Shown here: positions 56,001-62,000 of the stretch, in pieces
How the letters are laid out: each line of letters begins with the position of its first letter
Position numbering within the stretch: position 1 is the stretch's first letter
Source: Lytechinus pictus
Taxonomy: Eukaryota
Direction: 5' to 3'
NCBI RefSeq assembly: GCF_037042905.1
Contig: NC_087263.1
Location: forward strand, 14,572,001 to 14,636,000
DNA length: 64,000 bases
Program-made: the position numbers and the translations under genes
Notes under the pieces: generated by a model
Databases searched by the model: none
Told to the model about the DNA's origin: nothing
The model's input: only the letters and a program-made list of their open reading frames with translations

Positions 56001-59000
56001 TCAAAATTATTGAGTGCGACTATAAGTTATACTTAAATCTTTGTGAAACACCCCCAGAACTGTGTTCTGCAATTTTAGCCAGAATCACAAAGAACAAAAG
56101 ATGATTAAATTATATGGCGGAGTTCAAAGCCCACAATGTCACACAACATCTTTTGCACATCATCAGTCTAATTTGTGCCACTCTTCACCCAAGACGGCAC
56201 AAGGGGCCTGTTGCAGAAAGAGTTGCATTCAAACGCAAGCCAAAAAATCAATCGCAAGTCCCAAATGCGCGCTGTTGATTGGTTGAAAATCAAGTTGCAC
56301 ATGATTTTTAGAGTTGCGATTGATTGCAACTCTTTCTGCAGTGGGCCCCACTACATGTATGTCACGCAACATCTTTCGCACATCATCAGTCTAATTTGTG
56401 CCATTCTTCACCTGAGAGGGCGCCATGTACAGTAACTTACTAGTTCTCTGATGCACCATCCTCGTCACAGTGGGGTCAGAGCCACGTAAGATATTACTGA
56501 GGGTGTATCTCACACCAGGTATTAGGCCCATGAAGGTGTATGTCCTCGGATCCTCGATGGGTACCTCGCTTTCTACCACTACCCCTAAGCCCTGTGTAAC
56601 AGCTCGGAGACCATAGCTTTCAAACACGATGCTCACTACTTCGCTCCACTCGACGGAGATCGAAGACAAATCGTAATCAGTCACATTCAGTTCGCCTTCC
56701 AAACCCTCGTCTATTCGATAAGGATGATAATTAACCAAAACACATGATTCACAACATTGAGATCAATAGTAAGAATTAAAAACACAAGGTCTATATGTAA
56801 TACATACAAACAGTTCCATATGTAATACATCAAAGTACATTATATATCATCGTGTCGGCGCAGGAACGCCTTTAGCACCACACTAAAGCGTACATCACCG
56901 GTGCAGAAACGCCCGTACGCAATGCCCTTATGCACCCTACAAAGTGCATTTCTGCTTGCATGCAATGCCCGAAAGTGTGGTGCTAAGGGCTTTCCTGCAC
57001 CGACACGATGATATATATATCATGTAACTGAGGACATTAGGACTATCTTGAAGGTGGCAAGTGAATGTCATTTTCATATGGTATTGTGTTTCTTAGAATT
57101 TAATGTGCTGTGATTATACATCTTTTTGTATTTTCCTTTTTGTCTTTACAACCCAACGATGAAATTGTGAGCAAAATACGAAATGTTGCGTTTTGAAGCT
57201 TAGGGATCGCATGTTCCCACTGACTGTAACTGCATGTGGATTACAATGCACATAAATTGTGGGCTTTTGAAAGGGCAGTCACATCTCTCATGCCATTTCA
57301 ATAGGAAGTGTATACATATATAAAATAGAAATATGACAACTTGTGGATTTTTAATGAGGCAGTCACATTTGACAAATTGTTATATATTGAAGCCTAGGAA
57401 CTGTATACATGTATAATAGTTTAAATTCAAATTTTAACAAGGCAGTTGTATTTGACATATCATTACATAATGAAAATGAGGAACGGTATACATGCACATT
57501 ACAAATTCAAATTTTAACAAGGCAGTCGCATACATGTATGAACCTTAGGAACTGCATGACCTCTTGATGCCCAATGTTATATAATCTTTATGGTTTAATG
57601 TCTTGTGATTCTTTTGATTTCTAATTCATGTTCATTTCAGTTTGTAATTCTAGACAGGATGTACATATTTATTTAAATCAATTGATCTATCTATATGGTT
57701 CCATGACAATTGCTCCGGCGACAATTGCTCCGCTCTAAATTCCACACACTAATCGAATGAACAAAGTCAACACTGGATTTAATAATAATTCGCTTTTATA
57801 TAGTGCTGAATACATCGGAATGACGTGTCTAAGCGCTTTACAGATGTATTATTTAACACTATACCCTACCCGAAACCTAACATAAAACCCTATTGCAACC
57901 CTAACCCTACATCTTAGACGAAATTAAGCCCAAAGCACTTGTCACAGGAGCAAATGTCCTGTCACCATCTATAATGTGGTACCTCCCGTAGGAACTCCGC
58001 AGGACAGCTTTTGCTGGTTAACGCCAAGCTGGTACATAACCAATTACCTATGAAAAATGTCACGTCTAGGTTAATCATTCATAGCGGCTGACCTAATAGA
58101 TGACAGATATCACTCTCTGGCCTTTTTTTTCAAAGTGGAGACAATGGCAGAGTTGGAATTCGAACTCACAACCTTGCGATTGTGAGTTCAATGCTCTAAC
58201 CGCTGGACCACATGACCCGATCTATTGAAGATTCAAATTTTAACCAAGCATTTTCATTTGACGTACCTTTTCTACATTCCGTTCCACTTACCGATAGTGA
58301 TGAAACGAGAGACGGCCTCACTCCTGAGAGGGTGTGTCCCTTCACGTTCGATTACGGAATGCATGGAGATGGTGTACTCCACATCTGATTGGTCGAGAGT
58401 CAAAACGGTCTGGGTCACACTTCGCTCCAGAATTCGTGTTTGGTTGAAGGGGGTCCAGCAGAGTTCGTAGTAATCAACATAAGAGTCTGCCAGAGGCCAC
58501 CCTACCACAACCTCTTGACCTTCGACAGACAGGAAGGACAAGCTGGCAGGGGCATACGGTGCTGTAGAGATGTACATAAAAGTCTCAGGTCATTCTAAAT
58601 TGATTCAGTAAAAATGTCACTGTTTCCAAGTGGACATGTAGGTTGTTGTTCACAAAGCTGTCTGTACAAGTTATGCCTGACTTTATGAAAGACTGTTTGC
58701 TGGCCGATTCTTACGCTAAATTAGATATCCCATTGTTTGTGCGTAAATTTCAGTATGAGTTAATCACTGTGACCCTATAAATCAAGTACTGAATTAAAAA
58801 CATTGACTTGTATTCTTAAGTTGGGTTTAATTAAAAGCTGATTTAAAGTTGTGATTTAAGTATGGAAAGCCCATAGTGGCATAAATCTATAACGGTAGAA
58901 TTTCAATGAATCAGCTAATTTTTCTCTCAAATCATTCTTAACTGTTTTGGAAGGATAAATGAGATAGCTTTCTTCATCGTTCGAAAGTTAGGAAAGGGCA

Positions 59001-62000
59001 CAGTAACCAAAAGAAATATACATTGCAAGAATAATGTTGAAATTTTCGGCTTCCCATAAATTTGGCACAGAGTTAGACCATGGTCACAATACAGGCCACT
59101 GCCTTCAGATGCTTGTTAAATAACACTGACGAGGTTCATTCTCTAAAGATGAAAATTAAAATGCAGCTCATGGGATTCAAAGTGTCTGCCACCCAATATT
59201 GTGTCAGCGTTCATGGGTACCAATGAGCATATTGTTTCCTCAGCCTATCTGGGGCCTGTTGCAGAAAGAGTTGCGTTTAAACGCAAGTAAAAAAAATCAA
59301 TCGCAAGTCCCAAATGCGTGCTGTTGATTGGTTGAGAATCAAGATACGCAAGATTTTTAGAGTTACGATTGATTGCAACTCTTTCTGCAACGGGCCCCAG
59401 GAATTTCTAGCAGCTTATGATAATTTCCTGAGAAAATTTGTTGCAGAAATGCTGTACATGTAAGTGTGAGAAATTATCTATAATTCAAATTAAGGGCCTT
59501 ACAGTATGTCTCTTGTGAACTTGTATATAAGGTATCATCTACAAAAAAAAATAATGCAACGATGGAACAAATAATTATGTTTCAATGGCAGATCTGGGCC
59601 CCGTCTTACAAAGAGTTGCACTTGATTCGATCAATCGCAACTATGGAAAGCCAGTAACGTCAACATCCAAAATACATGTTTGTTTAAAATATTTTCTAGA
59701 AATGACGTATATTCATACATGTACATTCACCGTTTTCTTGACAATTCAGTATGCTTCTCTTTGTTTTCAAAGGACATTGAGCAAATGTCCAAAAGAAAAA
59801 ATAATTATGACATTAATGGCTTTCCATATACATGAGATTGATCAGATTAATCGTAACTCTTTATCAGACGGAGCCCAGGGCCCCGTCTTACAAAGAGTTA
59901 CGATTGATCCAATCAATCGCAACTATGGAAAGTCAGCAAAGTCAACATATAAAATGCACGTTTGCTCAAAAAAATTCCAGATATGAATGTATATCCATAA
60001 ATTCATTGATTTCTTGACAATTTGGTGTGTTCTTGTTTATTTACAAAGGACATTTTGCAAATTTCCGGTAGAAAAAATTATGACATTGATGGATTTCCAT
60101 ATACATTAGATTGATCGGATCAATCGCAATTCTTTGTAAGACGGGCCCCAGTTCTTCTTTGAAAGAGAGCACCATCAATCAACAACAAACCTGTAGACGT
60201 GTCTAGAGAGCTGAGGGATGTCACTTCTTCTCCTTCGGCGAAAAGTTCTACATTGTATGATGTGCCAGCGATGAGGCCATCGAAGGACACTCTACGTTCT
60301 GCATTGCTGGGATATTCCTCGGTTCTGACCTGGACACTCCCAAGGGTCAGGAAGAGAAGATAGTTGTTGAAGGTCTGATCGGTGACTGCACCCCAGACTA
60401 CTTCCAAGGAGGTGGGGCTTCGGTCGTTCACATATAACTGGCCAGGCATCATTGGCTCTGAAATTTATCAAGTATAAAACAGCAATTACCAAAGGCTATT
60501 GCAAGTTATCACCTGAGAACTCAATCAGGGCCCCACAACACAAAGGTTAGCTATTAATCGCTAAATGAAATGACCAATCAAAATCATCGTTGCATGCGCA
60601 TTTTGCTCAATGGACTGACCAGGAACCATTCAACATTGTTTCTTCAAATTAGCGATCAATCGCTAACCTTGTGTCACTGGGCCCATGACCCCGTTGCATA
60701 AAAGTTACTATAATGATTATAGTAGCTTTGTCATCCAATGGTAGCTTCCATATTAACAAAACTAATTAGCCAATCAGAATCAAGCACTTCAGGGAAGTTC
60801 CCATTGGATGGCAAAGTCACCATATTAATAGTAACTTTTATGCAACAGGGCCCAGTTTTACTCACTGGGCCTGAAAAGTAGCCAGTACAATATAAAGCCC
60901 CATATGTACTGTACAAGACAATACAAAGTCTGAAAGGTCTGAAATGGGATGCTGTCGGGACCTGAAAATCAGGCAAATAACGGAAGACTAGCATCTCTGA
61001 ATTATAATCTACATGTACATGGACCTTCACCCTCACCTTTTAAGCCCCCCCCCCCCTTGACAGTATTCACAACATACCTGCAGCCGTCCCCTGAATTTTT
61101 ACTTTCAAGTCTTGCACAATTTATAAGACCAAATTCATGACGCTCAGGTAAGAAGTTTAGAAATTGTGCAACATGTCAGACTGAAAACATGCTCAAAAAC
61201 ATGATTTCATTTACAAAGTCAATACAACATGTGCTTTCAGCTAAGTGATTATTTTTACTCTCACTGACAGCAGTCATTTAATTTGATGCTATCTATGGTT
61301 GAAATATTGTCAAAGACAAATTTTTTTGAAAAAACAATTTGAACAAAAAAAAAAAAATATGTAAGAAATTAAAAAATGATTATAAATAACAAATTCAATT
61401 TTGGTACCAGAATTTTCTTTTCACCAAAGATTAGCCGTCTACGACCTTTATTTAGGGAATTACAGCAAAAAAATATAATTTCATGAATAAATTAGCAAAA
61501 TTGATTCATATAAAATAGATTATATGAATTTAGTGTACATGTAATCGCATACATTACGCCATTCTCTACTTTCCTGCAAACTATCGTCACGGTTGTGCGA
61601 TCCATGGCAGAGATCTTGGACGGGGGGAGGGGGGGGGGTGGGTCTTTTGCTAGGAATTTATTTGCATAATAGCCCAGGTAAGGTAGGATTAATAGCAGTA
61701 CATTACAAACATCAATATTGCATGCTGTGCCAAACTCTGATGAACTCCCAATTGGCTTAGAGACTTTTTCACCAATTATTAGTTCTCAGCCAATCAGATG
61801 TAAAGATTTCAGTAGCTTATAACAGTTGTTGGTGAAAATCACCAACTACATGTACGATTAACGATTCCAAGAACTGTATCCCGAATATCAACAACAGCAT
61901 CAACATCAAACCTGACACCACTGGAAGGGCAATAGACAGATATATGAATTCGCTTGAGTGTTTCATCAAATTTACCTAAAGAGAAATCCTGGGTTACAAC

